From assembly GCF_001412615.1 (NCBI RefSeq), contig NZ_CP013011.1, positions 750,001 to 782,000 on the forward strand: a stretch of DNA of 32,000 nucleotides, in the 5' to 3' direction. The notes under the pieces were generated by a model. It was not told the origin of the DNA, did not search any database, and worked only from the letters and a program-made list of their open reading frames with translations. The translations under genes were made by a program, and so were the position numbers. The stretch is from Pyrodictium delaneyi. GTDB lineage: Archaea; Thermoproteota; Thermoprotei_A; Sulfolobales; Pyrodictiaceae. This document shows positions 17,264 to 24,838 of the stretch, piece by piece (position 1 is the stretch's first letter; every line of letters begins with the position of its first letter).

Positions 17264-17562
17264 TGAGCGGACGTGTGGAGGGGCTAGGTATGACGAGCCG
17301 TGCTGTGGAGAAGGCCTCCAAGGTGCAAGCCCTGCTCCAGAGTAGCGGCTTCTACGTCTCTAGGCACGCCTCCAGCATGCTCGTCATGCACTCCGACAGG
17401 ATAGTCGCTACACTGCACGTCTACGACGAAGAGTGCCGTCTCCACGTCTACCGGCCCTGGATGTCCGAGAACCGGGAAGCCCTAGAACAGCTACGCACAC
17501 TGCTCGCCAGACTCTGCACCAGTCTCGTGGAGAAAACTATGCCAGGGGATGCAGGAGCTTGA
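17263..17562 (+). CDS. Hypothetical small protein
   Basis: 99 aa. Its ATG overlaps the upstream stop (TAATG at 17261-17265), suggesting translational coupling. I recognised no motif. Confidence 0.45.
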   Translation: MSGRVEGLGMTSRAVEKASKVQALLQSSGFYVSRHASSMLVMHSDRIVATLHVYDEECRLHVYRPWMSENREALEQLRTLLARLCTSLVEKTMPGDAGA

Positions 17563-18206
17563 CGCGCAGCAATACAGTTGGCCAGGAGCGGGGGCTCCCG
17601 GGCCCCCTTGGGAGGCTCGTGGAGAAATCCGGGCCTTGGAGCCTCCTCATAGTGGTTCTCGGGCTCTGGCTGCTCGAGGCAGTATACTACGCCGTCCTGG
17701 CCGCAGATGTACATGGGATAAGTCTCTCGGCTCGTGGCCTACTACTCTACCTCAAGTTGGCAGCTGCCGGGGCTCCATTGGCTGTGTTACGCTGGCTCTT
17801 CTACATGGGAGGACTCTGGCTATCAGCCTGGCTCTTCGGGGCACGGGGGCTAGACGGGAGACGTGCTCTCGTGGCAGCATCGTACACAGCGATAGCGCAT
17901 ACAGTCTCTGCGCTGGTGCTCGTAGTTCTCTACACTGTTCTCGGGCTAGAGCCTACGTCAACGCTGATAGCGTTGAGCTACTATGGCTCCATGATTGTGG
18001 CGTTTGCCCTCCTACTATGGGCTACCTGTAGCATGCTTGGATACAACGTCCGCGCCGTCCTAGCCGCTGTATTGGCGGTTCTCCTCGTGAACCTAACGCC
18101 CGCTGCTGCTCTCACACCCGGGTTCAATGCGTATGCAAGCCTCTCATACCTGATAGCTGGCAGCGGGGCGGGCGCGGCGAACACTACAACCGTGAGGCAG
18201 GGCTAG
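17559..18206 (+). CDS. Polytopic membrane protein (Yip1-like, tentative)
   Basis: About five TM helices (WSLLIVVLGLWLL..., LWLSAWLF..., HTVSALVLVVLYTVL..., MIVAFALLLWA..., AVLAAVLAVLLV). The longest ORF (from 17433) overlaps the 99-aa gene. A TTG at 17559 overlaps that gene's TGA (TTGA), and a GTG at 17619 is the alternative start. Confidence 0.5.
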   Translation: MTRSNTVGQERGLPGPLGRLVEKSGPWSLLIVVLGLWLLEAVYYAVLAADVHGISLSARGLLLYLKLAAAGAPLAVLRWLFYMGGLWLSAWLFGARGLDGRRALVAASYTAIAHTVSALVLVVLYTVLGLEPTSTLIALSYYGSMIVAFALLLWATCSMLGYNVRAVLAAVLAVLLVNLTPAAALTPGFNAYASLSYLIAGSGAGAANTTTVRQG

Positions 18207-18384
18207 ATACCAGCGGGATTGCTTGCTAGCAGCTCTTGATATGTAGCATTTTCTTGTATTTAACGAGAAAAACTGTGTAGTATTAATAAGGGAGAATGGA
18301 GGACGCTTGTCCTTCACGGGTCATAGTTATGGCTAACAATAACCATTAGAACCGTTTACTTCTCCTTCGGTAGCGTGGTAAGCC

Positions 18385-19569
18385 ATGATCAGGAGTTCTA
18401 TGAGGCTCGATATGAAGGGCTTTAGCCGTACTAAGCTAGCAGGAGCTATTGTAGTAGCGATTACGGCACTAGCAGCGTTAATAGTATTTGTATCAATAAT
18501 GGTTGATGTTGATGCGTCGAAAGTATATACAGAATTCCTCGAAGGCGGTTACACGATTACGAGTAGCAAGCTCTTCCAAGAAAAGGTTCTAGATACTGGC
18601 GGAGCCGTAGCTGTAATGTTCCGTTCAGACACGTGTCCGACATGTGAACGTATGTACCCGTACTGGAGGATGCTCGAGGAGAAGGCCTTGTCTCTAGGAT
18701 TTAAAGCCTATGATGTGAAACTCACACGGGACACTAGCACTATATTCAACAAGTACATGGTTCAAGATCTTCCTACATTTATAGTATTCTACGATGGCAA
18801 GCCCATAGCCAGGTACGTGGGTCCATTCACACCTGAGGACGGAAACGTGACCAGGGCGATGATAGACTGGGTGCTAGGTGCTCTCGAGGGCCGCAGTCTC
18901 GGGGCCGAGAAGGCTGAGTCGGCCACAGACCAGCAGACGTGGGCGGCGGGAGCGGCGTTAGCAGCCTCTGTAGCAGCTGCAGCGGCTGCCGGTGTTGTGT
19001 CGGCTTTCTCTCCTTGTGTCCTACCGCTGCTCATAACCAATAGTGTTGCTCTAGCTCGGCGTCGCAAGAATCCAGGTATAGCCGGCTGCTTAGTCTGCAG
19101 CCTCTCAGCCTTTGCCGGCATCATGGCTGTAGGTGTAGTGTTCCTATTAGCCTCCGGCCTCCTTGCCGGAGTACAAACAGTGCTCACGGGAATTGTAGCC
19201 GTGGCAGTGATGGCGGCAGGTATTTCATCACTGTTCGGCCTTCCTGCCGAGATACCAGTTACTCGCAGTATCCGCTCTGGCAGCCTAGCAGCATTTTGCG
19301 GACTTTACGGGTTCTTGGCTCTTCAGTGTAACCTTCCTCTAGTCGTCGGCGCGTTACTGCTAGTAGCGGGTAGTGGTGGCTTCACCCAGGGCTTGCTTGT
19401 GCTCCTTGCATTCTCGCTGGGTCTCTCCCTACCGCTTTCTGTAGCTGTCTACTTCGGCCCCCGTCTAGCTGTGCTAACGAGCCGAACGGGGGTACTCGAA
19501 AGACTAGGAGGCGCCGTGATGGTTCTCGCTGGAGCCGTGCTCCTAGCCTACAGCCTAGGCCTCATATAG
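18385..19569 (+). CDS. ccdA: Thioredoxin-domain/CcdA(DsbD-core) fusion: cytochrome c maturation thiol-reduction protein
   Basis: N-terminal TM, then an extracytoplasmic Trx fold with FRSDTCPTCERMYPYW (CxxC at nt 18634-18645). A 6-TM CcdA core follows, with both conserved Cys motifs (SAFSPCVLPLL and ALQCNLPLVVG). Confidence 0.85.
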   Translation: MIRSSMRLDMKGFSRTKLAGAIVVAITALAALIVFVSIMVDVDASKVYTEFLEGGYTITSSKLFQEKVLDTGGAVAVMFRSDTCPTCERMYPYWRMLEEKALSLGFKAYDVKLTRDTSTIFNKYMVQDLPTFIVFYDGKPIARYVGPFTPEDGNVTRAMIDWVLGALEGRSLGAEKAESATDQQTWAAGAALAASVAAAAAAGVVSAFSPCVLPLLITNSVALARRRKNPGIAGCLVCSLSAFAGIMAVGVVFLLASGLLAGVQTVLTGIVAVAVMAAGISSLFGLPAEIPVTRSIRSGSLAAFCGLYGFLALQCNLPLVVGALLLVAGSGGFTQGLLVLLAFSLGLSLPLSVAVYFGPRLAVLTSRTGVLERLGGAVMVLAGAVLLAYSLGLI

Positions 19570-19600
19570 CACAATTACGTATGAGAGGTGGTGCATTGTA

Positions 19601-22588
19601 ATGGCTATACATTATACGGGTATAGTCCCTGCGGCAGCTGCACTCGTCTACGTAGCGGCACTAGCTTACATGCTTCTCCGCCGCGATATTGAGATATCTG
19701 CTAAACTTGTAAAGAGGGCTGCTATACTCACTATAGTAGGCTGGCTAATATACTGGATACCATTTGCGATACTAGATTATAGTCTCCGCGAAGTATTCTG
19801 GAATACTAGTCCAGGGCTCCCTCTATGGATGAGGCTTGCCTCGGCCTGGGCGGGTGGAGGAGGAAGCCTATACCTATTCGCAACAATATCGGCCATAGCA
19901 ACACTCTATGTAATCCGTAGCCTAGCAGAAGCTAAGAAGCAGGATATTCTGGTAATGGGTACTGCTGCTGTAACGCTGGCAGCCATAGTTAGCGCATTCG
20001 CTAACGGCGCCTTCAGCGTGATGGAGGAACGCCCGGCTAGCGGTGCTGGGCTTAACCCGCTGCTTAAGAGTCCGTGGCTCTACCCGCACCCCCTCAGTAC
20101 CTTCGGCGGCTACGCGCTACTCGCGGTAGGCATGCTAGCACTGCTCGCGGGGCTACGCCGCCGCGGCTTCCTAGTCTACGAGCTTGGCTGGGCTCTCCTA
20201 ACCCTCGGCATCATGATTGGCGGCTACTGGAGCTACGAGACCTTCGGCTGGGGAGGCTACTGGGCATGGGACCCCGTAGAGACAAGCGAACTAATGGTAT
20301 GGCTTGCAGCCACGCTGCTACCTCACGCTATGGTGGCCGTGCCGAGCCTAGTCGCGTTCACCGAGTACCTAACGCTTTCTAGCGTATTCCTCGGCATGTA
20401 CGTGACGCGTAGCGGGCTCAGCCCTCTCCACAGCTTCGCCGCAGCCAACATAGGTGTGCTAGTACTCCTCGCCGTAGCCCTTGTTACACTCTTCCTCGCA
20501 TTCCGCCGGCTAGGCGAGTTCCGCCTCCCAAGCCTAGAGAATGTGCGAAGGAGCCCCTTCCAGGCAGGCATGCTGATAGCCACCATAGCCCTCTTCGCAG
20601 CGACCGTATTTGTCTACGCGACACTGCTTCTCCCCTCAGTACTCACTGCCGCCGGGTACGAGGCTAGTGTTCCTCAGATGCAGAGTGGTGTACGCTACTT
20701 CCACCCCGTACTCTACCCGCTACTAGTAGCGATGCTAGCAGCAATCCCGCTAGCATTCACAGGAGACAAACTAGGATGGAAAGGATACACAGCACTACTC
20801 CTAACAACAACAATAGTGTCGATACTAGCTGGGCTTGCGGCGTTTCAAGGCTCTCTTGTGCTTGCGCCACTCAGCAGCAGAGAGACAAATGCATTGATGG
20901 CCTTTGGGCTTCCCTGGGCTGGGCTTGCAGCTGCTGCAACGATACTCTACATAGCTCTGCGGCTACGTAACCGCGGCGGTAGACTCGCATGGGAGCGCAT
21001 GACGGGGATCAGTCTGCTACACCTGGGTCTAGCTGTTGTCGTCATCGGTGTCTTGCTCAGCGGTACATACTCGTTCAACGAGGCCTATTTCATCGATGCT
21101 AGTCTGAAGCCCGGCGAGCCTCTCGTACTCCCGAATGGTGTGAAAATAGAGCTTGTTGATTATCGGTTCGAGCTAAGCAACTCCATGGTAGACATTTATA
21201 CAGGCTATGCAGGGAGAGCGACTAGCTATCTTCTCGCCTGGAATACTTTGGCGATGTTGGCCTCAGACTACGGCCAGAAGGTTAAGCAAGCGCTTGAGGC
21301 TGAGAAGCTGCTTGAGGCAAACGAAACACTACGTACCCTTGTTGAGCTGGCTGTAAAGGCTCATATCTCCGCAACACGCGGCAACATCACTATAACAGGC
21401 GCCGCTAATGTGACAGGTATAGACCTATTCACGGGAGCCAAGACACCTATAGCAGAAAACATAAACATAACAATAGAACTCGTGAATCCAAGAGTTATGG
21501 CGGCCCTAGAGCCTCTACGGGACAATCTAGGCAGGGTAAAAGCCGCCAAACTCCGCATATACATTAGTGCTGATGAAGCCATTGTGGCGGGGCTACTGGG
21601 CGGCAACATTACAGCCCGCACGGTACTCGATATAGGGTTCGCGGATCCGGTAAAACTAGTGCTTGGGAATACATCGTTTGAGATAAGTCAATTGTACCTC
21701 TTAGCGACAGGCCATACCGGTCACCCAGCAGTAGAACATCGAGGCAATACCTTCACCTATAAGCCCGTAGTGGTTATCCCGAGCGGCCGTGTAGAGGTAG
21801 GAGGATACCATATCGCTAATCCGCTAGACGTGCCAGCGAGCCTCGCAGCTTACATAGAGAGTCGCCGGGATCCCTTCCTACAGAGACTTCTCAACAGCGG
21901 CCTAGCTGAGATACTGAGCAGCGATGCTGTAGTGAAAGCTCTGAACCCTCCAGGCTGTGAACCAGTAGCAGAGACACCTCACGGAGGTTGCTTCGGCTAC
22001 GTGGATGTACCTCGCACGGTTCCCGAGACTGCATGGCTAATTCTAGACCTACGTATTGAACGTGGTGATAAGGTACGTGAGGAGACTGTTGGACTCCGGT
22101 TCGAGTCGTACGGAGAAGTACAGGGTATACACGGCCTAGTAACTAAGGTTGTACATCCCCGGGTAGGACTCACAGACGTCTACATAGCGATACATGCGCC
22201 AGTGGTTACTCCAGAGTGGGGGGTCGCCGGGTACCATGAACTATTGGTCTACTATCTACACGCGGTGTACCAGTCGATGAACCTGACGCCTGCCCAGCGT
22301 ATAGCCCTAGCAGCACTCATGGCTTCAGGCTACATGATGGATACAGCTCTCTCGATAAACGATCCAGCTCAGCGCGGCCGCTTCCTCGAGCAAGCAGCGC
22401 TCGAACTCTACTTGCTGGCAGAGAGCTTCAATCCTCAGAACACCACCATAGTTCGGCAGGGACTCCCTATCCAGGTCAAACTGGTCCCGGGTGTAGCGCT
22501 AGTATGGTATGGTACAGTGATCATGGCGGCTTCAGCAGTCTATACAGCTATCATTGCAGCATATACTGCGAGGAAGGGACGCGCATAA
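19601..22588 (+). CDS. ccmF: CcmF-type cytochrome c haem lyase (System I) with a greatly expanded extracytoplasmic domain
   Basis: Collinear with E. coli CcmF (from memory): WMRLASAWAGGGGSLYLF; GLNPLLKSPWLYPHPLSTFGGY (P-His1); WWD motif WGGYWAWDPVETSELMVWL (nt 20249-20284); LLPHAM (TM-His1); YVTRSGLSPLHSFA (P-His2); LLHLGLAVVVIGV (TM-His2). It is 995 aa against roughly 650 for typical CcmF. Confidence 0.9.
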   Translation: MAIHYTGIVPAAAALVYVAALAYMLLRRDIEISAKLVKRAAILTIVGWLIYWIPFAILDYSLREVFWNTSPGLPLWMRLASAWAGGGGSLYLFATISAIATLYVIRSLAEAKKQDILVMGTAAVTLAAIVSAFANGAFSVMEERPASGAGLNPLLKSPWLYPHPLSTFGGYALLAVGMLALLAGLRRRGFLVYELGWALLTLGIMIGGYWSYETFGWGGYWAWDPVETSELMVWLAATLLPHAMVAVPSLVAFTEYLTLSSVFLGMYVTRSGLSPLHSFAAANIGVLVLLAVALVTLFLAFRRLGEFRLPSLENVRRSPFQAGMLIATIALFAATVFVYATLLLPSVLTAAGYEASVPQMQSGVRYFHPVLYPLLVAMLAAIPLAFTGDKLGWKGYTALLLTTTIVSILAGLAAFQGSLVLAPLSSRETNALMAFGLPWAGLAAAATILYIALRLRNRGGRLAWERMTGISLLHLGLAVVVIGVLLSGTYSFNEAYFIDASLKPGEPLVLPNGVKIELVDYRFELSNSMVDIYTGYAGRATSYLLAWNTLAMLASDYGQKVKQALEAEKLLEANETLRTLVELAVKAHISATRGNITITGAANVTGIDLFTGAKTPIAENINITIELVNPRVMAALEPLRDNLGRVKAAKLRIYISADEAIVAGLLGGNITARTVLDIGFADPVKLVLGNTSFEISQLYLLATGHTGHPAVEHRGNTFTYKPVVVIPSGRVEVGGYHIANPLDVPASLAAYIESRRDPFLQRLLNSGLAEILSSDAVVKALNPPGCEPVAETPHGGCFGYVDVPRTVPETAWLILDLRIERGDKVREETVGLRFESYGEVQGIHGLVTKVVHPRVGLTDVYIAIHAPVVTPEWGVAGYHELLVYYLHAVYQSMNLTPAQRIALAALMASGYMMDTALSINDPAQRGRFLEQAALELYLLAESFNPQNTTIVRQGLPIQVKLVPGVALVWYGTVIMAASAVYTAIIAAYTARKGRA

Positions 22589-22625
22589 GGGAGTGAGGGC
22601 TATCCTGCTTACTCCATTTGACTAA

Positions 22626-22656
22626 TTTTCTCTCAATTGTATTTTTCTTTTGTTTC
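22626..22656 (+). terminator. T-rich tract after ccmF (possible archaeal oligo-T terminator)
   Basis: AATTTTCTCTCAATTGTATTTTTCTTTTGTTT begins about 40 nt after the stop and includes a T5 run. Confidence 0.35.
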
Positions 22657-22729
22657 GGAGCCACCGATATTAAGTACTTCTAAACAGAGAGCTACACGAT
22701 AAGCGGCGAGTGTAGCGAGGAATCCGGCG

Positions 22730-23713
22730 TTGGAGCGCACGAGCCTCGTAATTCTGGTGCTACTTGTAGCTCTGGCAGCCTCGAATGCTGCCTGGGTGAC
22801 GCTCTACAGCCATAGCAAGTACAATACGGAGAACCTACTTGAGGAGAATCAGAGGCTGAGTCGGCAGCTAGAACTACTTGCCAACAAGGTTAAGGAATTA
22901 GATGAGAATAATACGAGACTTTTGCTCCAGCTCCGTGACATCAGTACTCGCTATCAGCGGCTCCTCGGTCTACTACAGCAAGCTAATAGCACTATAGCTA
23001 ATGCAGCTGTAGTGGCAAGGCTAATCGAAAACCTCAACACAAGCCTAACAACACTCTACACCTACACGAATACACATGCCTACTACACTCCGCGCGTGCG
23101 CAGCCTCTTCACACCAGGCTCTGTAGCAGACCTAGTAATGGCGATAACAGGGCACCCAGTTTACACCCAAGGCTCAGCACTCCAGGATATGGAGAAGCTC
23201 TACGACTGGGTCCAGGAGAACATACAAGACGCGCCGGACCATAACTTCGTTGCCGTGAAGGACCCGGAGTACGTGGAGATAGGTGGCTCCAAGTACATCT
23301 ACAGCTTCCAGATAGACATAGTAGACAACTATATACAGTCACCGTCAGAGACCCTACAACGCATGGCCGGTGACTGCGAGGACCAGTCGATACTGCTAGC
23401 GTCCATGTATAAGATCTACTTAGGAGACGTTGGTGATGCATGGGTTCTCTGCATGTTCTCGGATAAGTACGACCACTGCGTAGCAATAGCGTGGATCGGG
23501 CCTGAGAAGACCTTCATACTTGCAGATCCCACGCTAGACTACTACGGCAAAGCTGAGAGCCTACGTAGTGTTCTCGATGACTGGCTAGGATACGTGGGCA
23601 TGTCCATGGAACAGGTACGCAGGATGGTGGCGTTCAACAACAAGGAGTACATCGAGGATGTACCTTACAATGTCATTCACACAATTGAGGAGAAGACCCT
23701 TGGTCAAGGCTAG
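22730..23713 (+). CDS. Membrane-anchored coiled-coil exoprotein with a transglutaminase-like domain
   Basis: N-terminal TM (LVILVLLVALAASNAAW), a heptad-like region (LLEENQRLSRQLELLANKVKELDENNTRLLLQL), and a TGase triad candidate: MAGDCEDQSILLASMY (Cys216), YDHCVAIAW (His), FILADPT (Asp). TTG start. Confidence 0.7.
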   Translation: MERTSLVILVLLVALAASNAAWVTLYSHSKYNTENLLEENQRLSRQLELLANKVKELDENNTRLLLQLRDISTRYQRLLGLLQQANSTIANAAVVARLIENLNTSLTTLYTYTNTHAYYTPRVRSLFTPGSVADLVMAITGHPVYTQGSALQDMEKLYDWVQENIQDAPDHNFVAVKDPEYVEIGGSKYIYSFQIDIVDNYIQSPSETLQRMAGDCEDQSILLASMYKIYLGDVGDAWVLCMFSDKYDHCVAIAWIGPEKTFILADPTLDYYGKAESLRSVLDDWLGYVGMSMEQVRRMVAFNNKEYIEDVPYNVIHTIEEKTLGQG

Positions 23714-23732
23714 ATGTCCAAGGTGATAATCC

Positions 23733-24464
23733 ATGCATCGCGTAGCTGCAGTCCTAGCCCTACTACTTATAGCAAAACTAGCTGTAATCGCGCCAGCACA
23801 GGCCGCGGAAAGACTGGAAGTCAAGATATATCATGCAGAGCTAGGCCCCTTCATACAGACACTCGCAGACGGCCGCCGGATAATGGTGAAGATAGACGTC
23901 TACTTCCCCGACACGCTTGTCTACCGTGGCCCCGAGGAGGGTCTTGGCACAGTAAACTTCACAATAACTACTAACTGGACTGGTCCCTGGGACGGCATAG
24001 TAACGGTACAAGTAGTCGACCCAGGCTACCACATTGATCCAACTACGTTCAAGCCCGTCGAGTCGGTGAATGCGTGGGCTGAGGGCGGCGACACGGTTGG
24101 TACTGGGGCGCTCCACATAGCTAGTGGCGCCTATACGGGCAGCGTCAAGAACATGACCGTGGTGTTGAGGCCCCACGAGCGCTACTTTACTGCTCCTAGT
24201 GGCGAGTACACGGCACAATACTTCTTCAAAGCCCGGCTAGCATTCTTCAAGCCTGATGGCAGCAAAGTGCTGGGAGGCGATGTGAACATCTACACGGATA
24301 GCGAAACAGCACCAATGATCAAACTGATAGTAGTCAAGGAACCCGAAGCTGGGGGCGACAATAGGCTGGCAGGCTCTATAGCACTAAATGCTGGTATAGC
24401 AGCGGCAGTAGTAGCTGTAGGCTACGCTGTAGTAGAGTATCTTGTGAGGCGTAAACGAGGCTAG
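23733..24464 (+). CDS. Secreted, C-terminally membrane-anchored beta-rich protein of unknown function
   Basis: Signal peptide MHRVAAVLALLLIAKLAVIAPAQA|AE, three N-X-T sequons, and a C-terminal TM plus basic tail (AAVVAVGYAVVEYLVRRKRG). AAGGTGA lies 6 nt before the ATG. Confidence 0.6.
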   Translation: MHRVAAVLALLLIAKLAVIAPAQAAERLEVKIYHAELGPFIQTLADGRRIMVKIDVYFPDTLVYRGPEEGLGTVNFTITTNWTGPWDGIVTVQVVDPGYHIDPTTFKPVESVNAWAEGGDTVGTGALHIASGAYTGSVKNMTVVLRPHERYFTAPSGEYTAQYFFKARLAFFKPDGSKVLGGDVNIYTDSETAPMIKLIVVKEPEAGGDNRLAGSIALNAGIAAAVVAVGYAVVEYLVRRKRG

Positions 24465-24473
24465 ACCCCGGTC

Positions 24474-24478
24474 TTTTT
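24474..24478 (+). terminator. Oligo-T tract after 23733-24464
   Basis: CCCCGGTCTTTTTGA lies 10 nt after the stop and is followed by a 374-nt non-coding spacer. Confidence 0.35.
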
Positions 24479-24764
24479 GACAACCAGTCGTACATAATGC
24501 CTGGGTATGTCCTTGGTTTCTCGGCCACAATATTCCATTGTAAAGCCTCCAGAATCCTACCATGCCCTTGTAGTCTTTGTCGCTGCTATGTCTCCCTCGG
24601 AGCCCCTAGTGTGCTCTAAACTGGGCTATCACTGCATTGTGTAGCATCATTTAATCTTTGTAAACTTATTCTAAGCTATTCTAGGGTTTTCATGTGTTAA
24701 AATGACTGCTCAGTACCAGGACGGAGACAAACTTTTATTGATGCATCAAATATCTCGCTCAACG

Positions 24765-24791
24765 TAAAAATAATAAATTAAATTTAAATAA
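24765..24791 (+). promoter_or_regulatory. AT-only block (TATA/BRE candidate) upstream of the octahaem cytochrome gene
   Basis: 27 consecutive A/T (TAAAAATAATAAATTAAATTTAAATAA) end 48 nt before the ATG. AAGGTGGGAGG immediately precedes the ATG at 24839. Confidence 0.45.
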
Positions 24792-24838
24792 CATGTAGAA
24801 CTCACATTGAAGCTGGACAAGCAGTGTAAGGTGGGAGG

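Noticed and set aside
17433-18031. Long 5' extension of the membrane-protein ORF (from 17433) and the alternative 160-aa ORF at 17549-18031
   Set aside because: The extension overlaps the 99-aa gene and is R/P/S-rich. The 160-aa frame lacks the TM-helix pattern seen in the chosen frame. A start at 17559 (TTG) or 17619 (GTG) fits better.
19601-22588. Alternative reading of the 995-aa protein as a System II CcsBA (ResBC) fusion, prompted by its linkage to CcdA and thioredoxin
   Set aside because: The N-terminal 490 aa are collinear with CcmF, including both periplasmic and both TM histidines around the WWD motif. The large soluble part lies C-terminal, within the CcmF-type last periplasmic domain. 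That is the opposite order to CcsB-CcsA fusions.
24497-24634. 45-codon Cys-rich small ORF (MPGYVLGFSATIFHCKASRILPCPCSLCRCYVSLGAPSVL) in the 374-nt spacer upstream of the octahaem gene
   Set aside because: It has no SD-like sequence and no suitably placed AT box. It starts only about 20 nt after the oligo-T tract and is below any length where coding can be argued by eye. It is worth a ribosome-profiling look but is not supportable as a gene.
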